A DNA stretch of 64,000 nucleotides from Candidatus Cloacimonadales bacterium. GTDB lineage: Bacteria > Cloacimonadota > Cloacimonadia > Cloacimonadales > JAFGVF01. Below the pieces are notes generated by a model. That model searched no databases and had not been told where the DNA came from. It worked only from the letters and a program-made list of their open reading frames with translations. Positions 30,133 to 40,209 of this stretch are shown here, piece after piece. The DNA lies in the NCBI GenBank assembly GCA_963677495.2, contig CAXXOU010000004.1:1216001-1280000 (forward strand). Reading direction: 5' to 3'. The position numbers and the translations under genes are program-made. The stretch's first letter is position 1, and each line of letters begins with the position of its first letter.

Positions 30133-31919
30133 TGATGAAGTTATCCAAATTAACCCTATTATGTTTAGTATCAATAGTACTACTTACCGGATGTAGTTCG
30201 AGTTTTATGCAGACAGTTGTGGGTACTAATGATACTAAAACACGTAGTGATTATGCAGGAAAAGTGAACGATCACACTATTACAGAAGATGAGTTTATTC
30301 GCTCTTATATGGGGCACTATGAAGGCTATTCTTTGAGAATAAACCGCAAACCATCTGACGAAGAGAAGAGAAGAATTTATCTGGAGACATGGGACGATAT
30401 AGTTAAGCATTTTGTACTTGTCGATCTCTTCCAGAAGTACAATATTACAACAACCATGCCTGAAGTACTGGATACACTTCTAATTAATGTTCCAAGAACA
30501 ATGAAAAATTCTCCTCTATTTAATGAAGGTGAGGAATTTAACTATGTTCTTTATGAAAAGTGTCTCCGTGAGAGCGATCCAATCGATCTCACATGGCTTA
30601 AAATGGATTACCTTAAGTATAAGATTCCTCTTCAAAAACTGAAGCAACTTTCATATAGTGCAAAAGATATGACCACTGAAGAACTTGAAGATGTTTATAA
30701 GTACTACTATTCTGAAGTTGATGCCAAAGTTATCTACCTCGATCCCCGAGATACTAGGACTGTTGTGATAAATGCAGAGATTGATGATTATTATAATAAG
30801 AATATTCGTAAGTATTATATCCCTGCAAGTTGTAATATCACTTACATGAAGTTCCCTGTTTTGCCAACAGATGAGGATAAAGAAAATGCACGTTTCGTAG
30901 CTGATTCTCTTTTCACTGAACTTAATAATGGTGCAGTATTTGGACATTTAGCAGCTAAGTATTCAATGCATAATTCCAAGAAACGCGATGGTTCACTTGG
31001 ATTTGTTAAACTTGCAGAACTACCTACAAATGTTTCTAGAGCTATAAAAAGAACCCCCATCACTAGCTTCACTAAACCAATTTTAAATGATGGTGAATGG
31101 AGTATTTATCAGGTTGAAGATAAGACTAAGACAATGGTTAAGCTTCGATTAATCAGAATCGAACCTGTTGCAGGTGAAAAGGCTTATGCTTTGATTGATG
31201 AGAAAATGAAGAATGTTACACAACTCTCTAAGACTATCGGCTTAGCTGAAGCAGCTCAGGAATATGATATGACTGTTAAAACAGCAACAGATTTAACTGA
31301 GGACAATGATGTCATTCCTAATTTAGGTAAGAGCACAACTTTAGTAAAAGAGATGATAAGAAAGCCATCAGGTACTGTTCTCGAACCAATCAAGCATCAC
31401 AACGAAAAGGCTTTTATACTAATCGAAGTGACTGAAGCTAAAGCAAGCAGCTATGTTCCTGTTGAAACAGTTAGACAGGAAATTGAAGCTTCTCTATTAG
31501 AGGAAAAGAAAGTCAAGATGACCGTTGAGTATGCTAAGAGATTGATTTCATCTGCCAAAGGTGACAAACTGATCGAAACAGCTATAAAAGCAGGCTATGA
31601 AGTTATTGATATCCCTAAACTTACTTTTGAAAGCACTGTTCATAGCATTGATAGTAGAGATTTGATTGATGATATTATCAATCTTAAAGCTGCTAAATCA
31701 ACTACTCAGCCTGTTGTACTGGAAGATGGTGTTTATGTTGGTTATGCAAGAAGTATCAAGCGTCCTAATAAGAAGAACATGCATGTGGTTAAACGTGAGT
31801 TGTTTCAAAAGTTATCTAAAGAGGAGAGCGACAAATTCTTTGAATCCTGGTTAACAAAGAAGATTAGTAATGCTAAAGTCGTAAAATGGTATGACGATCC
31901 TGCTTTTAATCCTGAATAA
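30132..31919 (+). CDS. SurA/PpiD-like peptidyl-prolyl isomerase lipoprotein
   Basis: Lipobox LTGC; parvulin motif F..LAAKYS...GSLGF. Confidence 0.8.
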   Translation: MMKLSKLTLLCLVSIVLLTGCSSSFMQTVVGTNDTKTRSDYAGKVNDHTITEDEFIRSYMGHYEGYSLRINRKPSDEEKRRIYLETWDDIVKHFVLVDLFQKYNITTTMPEVLDTLLINVPRTMKNSPLFNEGEEFNYVLYEKCLRESDPIDLTWLKMDYLKYKIPLQKLKQLSYSAKDMTTEELEDVYKYYYSEVDAKVIYLDPRDTRTVVINAEIDDYYNKNIRKYYIPASCNITYMKFPVLPTDEDKENARFVADSLFTELNNGAVFGHLAAKYSMHNSKKRDGSLGFVKLAELPTNVSRAIKRTPITSFTKPILNDGEWSIYQVEDKTKTMVKLRLIRIEPVAGEKAYALIDEKMKNVTQLSKTIGLAEAAQEYDMTVKTATDLTEDNDVIPNLGKSTTLVKEMIRKPSGTVLEPIKHHNEKAFILIEVTEAKASSYVPVETVRQEIEASLLEEKKVKMTVEYAKRLISSAKGDKLIETAIKAGYEVIDIPKLTFESTVHSIDSRDLIDDIINLKAAKSTTQPVVLEDGVYVGYARSIKRPNKKNMHVVKRELFQKLSKEESDKFFESWLTKKISNAKVVKWYDDPAFNPE

Positions 31920-31941
31920 AATTAAGAATATACTAGTTTTT

Positions 31942-31970
31942 AAAGCCTGACGCATTTGCTCAGGCTTTTA
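31942..31970 (+). terminator. Intrinsic terminator (possibly bidirectional)
   Basis: AAAGCCTGA-CGC-ATTT-GC-TCAGGCTTTT hairpin after the operon. Confidence 0.7.
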
Positions 31971-32238
31971 ATTTTCCAATGCTCTTCTGGAATGGCATTT
32001 TAAACACTCGATAGAATTAATGTGATTATTTCTTATCTACTAAGGTGCATTAATGAGTATAAATGTTGATTCAAGTATAGATATAAATCGGTGAAGACTG
32101 AACGATATAAACCGGGTAGAGTAACCAATCCATTCAAGAGTATTAACAATATAAAAGAAGTTGTAAAAATATCTGAGTTTTTATTTGACATAGAGAAAGT
32201 GTGTTGTTTTATGAAAAAAAGCCTATAAAGGGATTTAT

Positions 32239-33087
32239 ATGACTAAGAAAGCTAAGAAAATTAAACATAAAAAACCACCAGTCCAAGATTGGGTTGAAGC
32301 AATACTATTCGCATTTGTAGTTGCTATGATTATAAGAAATTATACTTTCCAGAACTTTAAAATCCCTTCCGAATCAATGGTTAAAACTCTATTAGTTGGT
32401 GACTATCTTGTAGCAAACAAGGTTAAATATTTTCTAACTGATCCTGAGCGTGGAGATATTGTGACATTCCGATATCCAGTTGACCCACCTAATCCAGCAC
32501 ATTTAAAAGATCCTTCAAATCCCATTTCTAAATATTCTAAAGACCTGAAACCTTTATACCCACCTTTATATCTTAACAAAGGTGCTTTCATAGATTTACC
32601 TGCATGGACTTTGTTTGGGATCACTTACTATGCTCCAAGAAATGTTGTTAAACGTGTGATTGGTATGCCGGGTGATGAAATTGAAATGCGTGATAAAGTC
32701 GTTTATATTAATGGTGAAGCATATTCCCCGGAAACAGAAAGTTACTATATCCCAGAATATATTCGACAGCAGTACAATATGCATATTCGAGAGAATGAAT
32801 GGGTAGATAATTCAATGTTTGAAATGAATCTAGATTATTTTGAGAAAATAACTATCCCTGATAACAAATACTTCGTAATGGGTGATAATAGAGACTATAG
32901 TGCTGATAGCAGATATTGGGGGTTTCTTGATAGAAAGGATATTACCGGTACACCTGCATTTATTTTCTTCTCATCAGGAGAAAAATTATCTGCTGTTGAA
33001 TACAGGAATAAACATCCACGCAGTAACCAAAACTTACCAACAAAAAATGTTACTAGATGGAACAGGATATTCAAACTGATAAAGTAA
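32239..33087 (+). CDS. lepB: Signal peptidase I
   Basis: IPSESM, VKRVIG, GDNRDYSADSR. Confidence 0.95.
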   Translation: MTKKAKKIKHKKPPVQDWVEAILFAFVVAMIIRNYTFQNFKIPSESMVKTLLVGDYLVANKVKYFLTDPERGDIVTFRYPVDPPNPAHLKDPSNPISKYSKDLKPLYPPLYLNKGAFIDLPAWTLFGITYYAPRNVVKRVIGMPGDEIEMRDKVVYINGEAYSPETESYYIPEYIRQQYNMHIRENEWVDNSMFEMNLDYFEKITIPDNKYFVMGDNRDYSADSRYWGFLDRKDITGTPAFIFFSSGEKLSAVEYRNKHPRSNQNLPTKNVTRWNRIFKLIK

Positions 33088-34187
33088 TCAGACATATATA
33101 TATACATATCCCATTTTGTCTGAATAAGTGCGATTATTGCTCATTTTACTCAATACCATTTGATCAGTTTCTGTTAGATGAGTATTCAGGGAACTTATTA
33201 AGAGAACTTGAATATTTTAATTCAGAATACACTGTTATTCCAGAAACAATATATTTTGGTGGTGGTACACCCTCCTTGTTACAACCAAAACTAATACAAA
33301 TGATGATTGATGTCTTTCAAAAATCAACGCACCAGGAGATAACTTTAGAAGTAAACCCATCTTCACTAACCGATTCTTATTTAAGAAAACTTCAAACTAC
33401 TGATGTAAACAGGATTAGTATGGGAGCACAAAGTTTTGACGATGAAATGTTACTTTTGTTGGGACGAAATCACACTTCAAAAGAGATTGAAAAATGCTTT
33501 TCAATGCTTAGACAACACGGATTTGATAATATTTCATTGGACTTAATTTATGGAACACCCGGCCAAACTATTGAAGATGTGACTAAAGATTTAGAGAAAC
33601 TTGTAGAAATATCACCAGAACACATTTCAACATATTGTTTAAGTTTAGGTGAAGATGTACCATTAGCCACACGGAAAGAAGAAGTTGCACATGATAAAGT
33701 GATTAACCAAATGTATTATCAGATATCTAGATATTTGAGAAAACATGGATACCGTCATTATGAAATATCTAATTTTTCAAAAAGTAACAAAGAGTCAAAA
33801 CACAATCTTGCATATTGGCAACTAAAGGATTATATTGGTGCAGGGGCTTCTGCTTGTGGTTTAATTAGAAATATACATTATTGCAATCCTGCTAACATGC
33901 AAGAATACTATCGTAATGTTGTAAGAGAGAAAAAATTTCCCAATAGAGAGATTATGGATAGTACATTACTTCAATCAGAATATATAATTATGAACCTAAG
34001 AACAGCAAAAGGTTTTAAAATTAGTGATTTTGCAAGTAGGTTTGGACATGATTTTGAATTACACTATAAGGATCAGCTGTTAAAAATTGGGAAATATCTT
34101 AGTATTAAAAAAGGTAGAGTTAATCTAAAAAGGAGCTATTGGTTCGTTTCAAATAGTATTTTGGAAGAATTTGTTGAGGTAGAATGA
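33057..34187 (+). CDS. hemW: Radical SAM heme chaperone HemW
   Basis: YIHIPFCLNKCDYC, GGGTPS, YEISN, HNLAYW. Confidence 0.9.
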   Translation: MEQDIQTDKVIRHIYIHIPFCLNKCDYCSFYSIPFDQFLLDEYSGNLLRELEYFNSEYTVIPETIYFGGGTPSLLQPKLIQMMIDVFQKSTHQEITLEVNPSSLTDSYLRKLQTTDVNRISMGAQSFDDEMLLLLGRNHTSKEIEKCFSMLRQHGFDNISLDLIYGTPGQTIEDVTKDLEKLVEISPEHISTYCLSLGEDVPLATRKEEVAHDKVINQMYYQISRYLRKHGYRHYEISNFSKSNKESKHNLAYWQLKDYIGAGASACGLIRNIHYCNPANMQEYYRNVVREKKFPNREIMDSTLLQSEYIIMNLRTAKGFKISDFASRFGHDFELHYKDQLLKIGKYLSIKKGRVNLKRSYWFVSNSILEEFVEVE

Positions 34188-35434
34188 AAAGAATAATATT
34201 AATATTATTATCACTGCATATTGTCAGTGTTTTATTAGGTGATATCCTTATACCAATGGACGATGCTCAGACAAATCATTTGAAAGCTTATGGAGTAGCA
34301 TTCCATAGTTTAAGTGAAGGAACTGAAGTACAATGGTTGTTAAACTATAGAGGTGGATCTTTTTTGATTGAAGATCAATCATTCATCATTGCCAGATGCA
34401 AAGTCGCTGGTGTACTTTATGAAGTGATAAGTTCTTCTGATGTATCTGTGATTTTGCAAACGATACAAGAAAACAACATGGAAACTGTTAAGCTTGAAAA
34501 AGAACCTGCAATTGCTGTATATGCACCACCTAATCATCAACCATGGGATGATGCTGTGACTATGGCACTTACTTATGCTGATATCAAATTTGATACTGTG
34601 TGGGATGAGGAGGTTCTATCAGGACAATTAGGTGATTATGACTGGTTACATCTTCATCATGAAGACTTTACCGGTCAGTTTGGAAAATTCTATAGTTCGT
34701 ATCGAAACGCTGATTGGTATAAAACTACAGTATCTGTAAGTGAGAACTTAGCAAAAAAACATGGATTTTCAAAAGTTTGGATGCTCAAACATGCTGTAGC
34801 AGCGAAAATTAAAGAGTTCGTAATAAATGGTGGATTCCTGTTTGCAATGTGTGCTGCAGTTGACACAATTGATATTGCCCTTTCAGCAATGAATGTTGAT
34901 ATTGTCCCTGCTGAGATTGATGGTGATTGGTATGATAAAAACTACAAACAGAAACTTGATTTTGATAACACATTCGCATTTGAGAACTTTAATCTCATTA
35001 TGAACCCTATGGAATATGAATTCTCTGACATCGATGCAAGCAACTACGCTAAATTACGTGGTGCAGAAGCTGACTATTTCCAACTATTTGATTTTTCTGC
35101 TAAATATGACCCTGTTCCAACAATGCTCACGCAGTGCCATGTAAACATTATTGATGGTTTTCTGGGGCAAACAACATCCTTTCATAAGAATAGAGTTAAA
35201 GAGAATATTGTGTTACTAGCTGAAGTTCCTCAAAGTGAAGAAGTGAAATACTTACATGGAAATCTCGGTAAAGGTACTTTCACATTCTATGGTGGTCATG
35301 ATCCTGAAGATTATCAGCATCGCATTGGTGATCCAGAAACTTTACTTGACTTGCATAAAAGTTCTGGGGGATATAGGTTAATACTAAACAATGTTCTCTT
35401 CCCTGCTGCTGAGAAGAAAAAGCTTAAAACTTGA
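34184..35434 (+). CDS. Secreted conserved hypothetical protein with class I glutamine amidotransferase-like motifs
   Basis: Signal peptide; YDWLHLHHEDFTGQ, GGFLFAMCA, GGHDPED. Confidence 0.6.
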   Translation: MKRIILILLSLHIVSVLLGDILIPMDDAQTNHLKAYGVAFHSLSEGTEVQWLLNYRGGSFLIEDQSFIIARCKVAGVLYEVISSSDVSVILQTIQENNMETVKLEKEPAIAVYAPPNHQPWDDAVTMALTYADIKFDTVWDEEVLSGQLGDYDWLHLHHEDFTGQFGKFYSSYRNADWYKTTVSVSENLAKKHGFSKVWMLKHAVAAKIKEFVINGGFLFAMCAAVDTIDIALSAMNVDIVPAEIDGDWYDKNYKQKLDFDNTFAFENFNLIMNPMEYEFSDIDASNYAKLRGAEADYFQLFDFSAKYDPVPTMLTQCHVNIIDGFLGQTTSFHKNRVKENIVLLAEVPQSEEVKYLHGNLGKGTFTFYGGHDPEDYQHRIGDPETLLDLHKSSGGYRLILNNVLFPAAEKKKLKT

Positions 35435-35441
35435 GGGGTAT

Positions 35442-36344
35442 ATGTCAGATTTTTATAAGGATAAGAAGAAAACCGAAGCCAAAGTAGGAATAACTTTACT
35501 TTTTGCAATTATTGCAATCATTGTTGGATACGCTTGGTTAACTAACAGTCTGAAAAAAGGTAGTATGAATGAACTTACTATCTCTTTCTCCAATGCTGCA
35601 AGATTGGAGAAAGGTGACGGAGTCCTGATGCGTGGTGTTTATTGCGGTGTTGTAGATGATGTTGCACTTGAGGAGAACGGGGTTATTGTGAAAGTTCTAC
35701 TTGAGAACCAATTTAATGTACCAGTTGACAGTAAGTATTTAATCAAAGATAAAAGTATGATGGGTGGACATCTTTTAGAGATAGTACCAGGTACTTCAAA
35801 TGCAACAATAGATTTCTCTGAGACACAAGTAGGTGACGTTGAACCAGGACTCTTCAGTGCAGTTAAGCAAGCTACAAACTTAATGGAGAATCTTGAACAT
35901 TTTTTATGGAGATTATCTAAGGAAGATGGATTGATTGCAAGCATTGAAGATACATCGAATCAACTTAACTCAATCACAAAGGAGACTAATGAATTAATTA
36001 AAACGAATAAAGATGCAGTAAATATAGCTATGGAAAACTTAACTGTTAGTATTGCAAAATTAGATTATCTGCTTTCGAAGAATGTAGAGAATATTGATAA
36101 TACGTTAACAAATATTCCATTATTAATCAACGATTCAAGAGAAGCACTCTCGGAGTTAAAAACATCAGTTAATTCACTTCAAGAGATTAGTGAAAAACTA
36201 AACAGTGAAGAGGGAACTGCCGGAAAACTGATTAATGATAAAGAGCTTTACAATTCACTCACAAGAACAATTAGTAACGCAGATTCACTTTTGCATGAAA
36301 TAAAGAAACATCCTCGTAAATATTTAAAAATAAGTGTGTTCTAA
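35442..36344 (+). CDS. MlaD/MCE family protein
   Basis: N-terminal TM, GDGVLMRGV MCE motif, helical tail with GTAGKLIND; start at ATG 35442 behind GAGGGG. Confidence 0.85.
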   Translation: MSDFYKDKKKTEAKVGITLLFAIIAIIVGYAWLTNSLKKGSMNELTISFSNAARLEKGDGVLMRGVYCGVVDDVALEENGVIVKVLLENQFNVPVDSKYLIKDKSMMGGHLLEIVPGTSNATIDFSETQVGDVEPGLFSAVKQATNLMENLEHFLWRLSKEDGLIASIEDTSNQLNSITKETNELIKTNKDAVNIAMENLTVSIAKLDYLLSKNVENIDNTLTNIPLLINDSREALSELKTSVNSLQEISEKLNSEEGTAGKLINDKELYNSLTRTISNADSLLHEIKKHPRKYLKISVF

Positions 36345-39300
36345 ATGAAAAAAGTACTATTAACAGCCATCTTAGCTTTTCTGATTCTATCGATTTTCGC
36401 ATCTTTTGGACAAAACAAAGTACAACTTGAGAAAGAACAATGGGCCAAACTGGAATCAATGCATTTCGATATCTATTATCCCAAAGGTGAAGATGAGTTC
36501 GGGCAACTTGCACTATTAACAGCAGAAGAAGCGTATTATTATCTAAAAAAGGACTTTGTTAGACCTATAATTGGAAGAATCCCAATTATCGTTTATAAGT
36601 CTCATGCTGCATTTCAAACAACAAATGTTATTAATGCGTTACTCAGTCAAGGAGTAGCTGGATTTACAGAGAGTCGTAGGAATCGAGTTGTATTACCATT
36701 TGATGGGAACTACAAGAAGTTTGAAGAAGTTCTGACCCACGAGCTGGTTCATGCTTATGTGAACAACTTCCAACAGAGATACGCTTCAGCAAGATTTTTC
36801 TCCAATAACACCGGGTATATTCCTTTCTGGTTCTCAGAAGGATTACCGGAATTTGAAGCTGTTGGTGGGCGCAGTAGTTACAATAACATGTTTATTATAG
36901 ATATGATTATGAATGATTACATCTATCCTTTAGATAATCTGACAGGTTACTACGCCTATCGTGAAGGTGAATCATTTGTAACATATATCTCTGAACAATA
37001 TGGTAGAGAAAAGGTCATGGAGTATTTCCATGCTATTAGATCACTAAGTAATGTTGAGAAAGCAACGAAACAGCTCTTTGGTATGAAGTTTAAGCAACTT
37101 CAAAATAGATGGAGAACCTATCTAAAGAAGAAGTACTATTCTAAGATAAAAGACATTGATATTCCTTACGATGTTTTTGAACAACTCACTCATCACACAG
37201 AAGATAATACTTATTTCAACTTCTACCCTACAATTTCACCTGATGGGAATCGCTACCTGTTTATGAATAACAAAGGATATCGCAATAGTATCTGGTTAGG
37301 GGATATCGATGGTAACAAGAAACCTAAGCTGATAGTAAAAGGTGAAACCAGTAATAAGATTGAACAGTTTCATGTTCAACGTAATAATGTTGCCTGGTTC
37401 CCAGATAACGATAGATTCGCATTCGCTGCAACCAGTAACAAAGGTGATGTAATCCACATTGGAAGCGTTAGAAAAAAAGGCGTAATTGAGACTTATGAAT
37501 TCCCACAATTTGACGCTATCTTTGAAATATCAGTTTCACCCAATGGTGAATCTATCGCATTCTGTGGTCAAAAAGCAATGGATACAGATATTTTCATGTA
37601 TCATATAATTACAAAAGAACTTGAGCATATTACAAATGATAAATTCACAGATTCTCAACCTATGTTTTCACACGATGGTAACTTGATTGCATTTACATCC
37701 TTTAGATATTGTAATGCTGATAGCACAAGACAAGGTATCTTTTCTGCTTTATCTGAAGATGTTTTCATCTACAACATCTCTGAAGATAAGTTCTACCGTG
37801 TAACTAACGATAATTTTAATAATTCTAAACCTGTTTGGTCGAGTGATGATACTAGATTGTTAGTGCTCTCCAACCGAAAGGGATTATCGAATTACGATGT
37901 AATACAACTTGAGAATGGAGCTAGGGCAAGCTTGACTAACTCCTTTAGTGGTGTTTTTTCTGCTGACCTATCCGCTGATGACTCAACCATGCTACTGTCA
38001 GTTTTCTATAACAATGGCTGGGATATTTATAAAGAATACATGCCACTAAATGAATTGACTTTTATTGATTCTATAAGTATCTCACATGTAGACTTTAAAA
38101 ACGATTTTGGTTCATGCTTTGACCTAGACAGATATAAGCTCTTTGGAAAAGTAGATCGTAAATTGAAAGACGAGTTCATGAAAGCTAATCATCCAAGAAG
38201 CACAATTCTATCTATTAAAAATGTTGCTGTTTCCGACAGCTTAGTTCAATCTTATAATGATCAACTTGATGCTAAACCTGATTCTATATCAGTCTTACCG
38301 GTTAAAAAGCCATACAAGCCAAAATTCTTAATGGATTACCTTTATGGTGGAGGTGCTTACTCCTCTTCTGATGGTGCAATAGCTTTTATTGAAACAAACT
38401 TAACTGATTTAATGGGGAATCATACTATTGGTGCCATGTTAGGTGTTGCAGGAGATTTGGAAGATTCCAGTATTCAGCTAAGTTACATATACAGACCTAA
38501 CAGACTGGATATTGGCACAAGTATATATTATCTTTCCGACGAAACAGTATACTATGATGTACAAGTGCAAGATAAATATTATAGAGAGCGAGAAAGATTA
38601 GCCGGGGCAAATATTTTCTTCCGCTATCCATTTAGTAGATTCTGGAGAGTAGATGCAGGATTTGGCTTCCAACGCTATGAGACTTTATGGGATGAAGGTT
38701 TTGATAATGGTGTTGAGATTGAGTGGGGAAACAGAATCAAGAACTGGGAAGATGATGATTATCTATTTATACCAAGTTTTGAGATTGTGCATGATAATAC
38801 TCTTTATGGTTCAACAGGACCAATGACCGGGTCTCGTTCATATTACCACATAAGAAAGAGCTTTGCAGTGGAAGATAGAAACTATCTTACTCAAGTAATT
38901 GATACACGTCATTACTTCATGTTTGCCAAGAAATTCAACATTTCGGCTCGTGCATTTGCGGGTTGGAGTACAGGCGATAATCCTCAATCCTTCAGCTTGG
39001 ATACATGGTCTGGTTTCAGTATTGGTAACAGTTATGGAATCAGAGGTTTCACTAATGATGACTTAGAGGGTACTAAAAAAGCACTGGGAACATTAGAATT
39101 GCGAGTTCCTTTTATCGAGTATCTTAAGCTAGGGTTTCCTGCTCCACTGGCACTTGGAAATATTAGAGGAAGTATTTACACTGATATAGGTTCAGTATGG
39201 GATGATACAGAGTCATGGCGGGGAATGGAAAATGGTCGTTTCAAAGACATAATTATGGGTTTTGGAATGGGACCAAGACTTAATATGGGCTATTTTGTCC

Positions 39301-39383
39301 TTAAACTTGATATTTCTTGGAATACTGACCTTTATAATACAGGTAAACCAACTTATTCAATCAGTATTTCAGATGACTTTTAA
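36345..39383 (+). CDS. Omp85 family protein with N-terminal HExxH peptidase-like domain and PD40 propeller
   Basis: THELVH + WFSEGLPE, P..SPDG repeats, IRGF motif, terminal Phe. Confidence 0.8.
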   Translation: MKKVLLTAILAFLILSIFASFGQNKVQLEKEQWAKLESMHFDIYYPKGEDEFGQLALLTAEEAYYYLKKDFVRPIIGRIPIIVYKSHAAFQTTNVINALLSQGVAGFTESRRNRVVLPFDGNYKKFEEVLTHELVHAYVNNFQQRYASARFFSNNTGYIPFWFSEGLPEFEAVGGRSSYNNMFIIDMIMNDYIYPLDNLTGYYAYREGESFVTYISEQYGREKVMEYFHAIRSLSNVEKATKQLFGMKFKQLQNRWRTYLKKKYYSKIKDIDIPYDVFEQLTHHTEDNTYFNFYPTISPDGNRYLFMNNKGYRNSIWLGDIDGNKKPKLIVKGETSNKIEQFHVQRNNVAWFPDNDRFAFAATSNKGDVIHIGSVRKKGVIETYEFPQFDAIFEISVSPNGESIAFCGQKAMDTDIFMYHIITKELEHITNDKFTDSQPMFSHDGNLIAFTSFRYCNADSTRQGIFSALSEDVFIYNISEDKFYRVTNDNFNNSKPVWSSDDTRLLVLSNRKGLSNYDVIQLENGARASLTNSFSGVFSADLSADDSTMLLSVFYNNGWDIYKEYMPLNELTFIDSISISHVDFKNDFGSCFDLDRYKLFGKVDRKLKDEFMKANHPRSTILSIKNVAVSDSLVQSYNDQLDAKPDSISVLPVKKPYKPKFLMDYLYGGGAYSSSDGAIAFIETNLTDLMGNHTIGAMLGVAGDLEDSSIQLSYIYRPNRLDIGTSIYYLSDETVYYDVQVQDKYYRERERLAGANIFFRYPFSRFWRVDAGFGFQRYETLWDEGFDNGVEIEWGNRIKNWEDDDYLFIPSFEIVHDNTLYGSTGPMTGSRSYYHIRKSFAVEDRNYLTQVIDTRHYFMFAKKFNISARAFAGWSTGDNPQSFSLDTWSGFSIGNSYGIRGFTNDDLEGTKKALGTLELRVPFIEYLKLGFPAPLALGNIRGSIYTDIGSVWDDTESWRGMENGRFKDIIMGFGMGPRLNMGYFVLKLDISWNTDLYNTGKPTYSISISDDF

Positions 39384-39395
39384 CGGAAACAAATT

Positions 39396-40199
39396 ATGAA
39401 AAAATCACCTAAAGAATATGCCTTAGAAAAGGCTATAAAGAAAGAGCTGTCCGGGAACGCTTTGAAAGCAGCCACATTGATTTTTAAAGATCCCGAGATA
39501 CATGCTGTACAAGAGCATGCAAATATCGTTTCAATTAAACGATTGGGCTATAATGATCATGGACCTGTTCATATGAGAATGGCTTCATTAAATGCAATTA
39601 GATTATGTAATCTTCTAATTGATGCAGATATTAAACTTACTTTACAAGAGGACTTAGAATTTAGTGCTGATGATAGTATGACAGCTGTTGTAATTGCTTC
39701 ACTTCTACATGATTTAGGAATGTCAATAGCTCGTGATTCGCACGAAATGTACAGTATAACCCTAGCTCTCCCCTACATTGATAAAGTCCTATGCAAAATC
39801 TATCCCGATAAGCTTGATAAGCGGATAGCACTTCGTTCAACAATTATTGAAGGAATTGCAGGTCACATGGCGACGAAGAAGATACACTCATTAGAAGCCG
39901 GACTTGTACTTATTGGAGATGGTTGCGACATGGAGAAAGGCAGAGCTAGAATACCTAGTTTAATCAGTAACTCACCAAAAGTAGGTGATATTCACAGATA
40001 TTCATCATCCTCTGTTGAACATGTAACAATCTCTAAAGGGGAAAATAAACCTATAAGAATTACAGTAGAAATGAGTGCATCAGTCGGATTCTTTCAAATA
40101 GAAGAAGTTTTATTCCCCAAAATCAGCTCAAGTCCTGTGAAGCCTTATATTGAACTTATTGCCGGTGTGATAGGTAAAGAACCAGCAAAGTATTTATAA
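39396..40199 (+). CDS. HD-domain phosphohydrolase
   Basis: DHGPVH...LLHDLG...GH...GDGCD. Confidence 0.85.
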   Translation: MKKSPKEYALEKAIKKELSGNALKAATLIFKDPEIHAVQEHANIVSIKRLGYNDHGPVHMRMASLNAIRLCNLLIDADIKLTLQEDLEFSADDSMTAVVIASLLHDLGMSIARDSHEMYSITLALPYIDKVLCKIYPDKLDKRIALRSTIIEGIAGHMATKKIHSLEAGLVLIGDGCDMEKGRARIPSLISNSPKVGDIHRYSSSSVEHVTISKGENKPIRITVEMSASVGFFQIEEVLFPKISSSPVKPYIELIAGVIGKEPAKYL

Positions 40200-40209
40200 A
40201 AAGGTAGTA

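Noticed and set aside
34184..35434. Asparagine synthetase B label often given to this family
   Set aside because: It has a signal peptide and lacks the N-terminal Cys Ntn domain and the SGGLDS ATP motif
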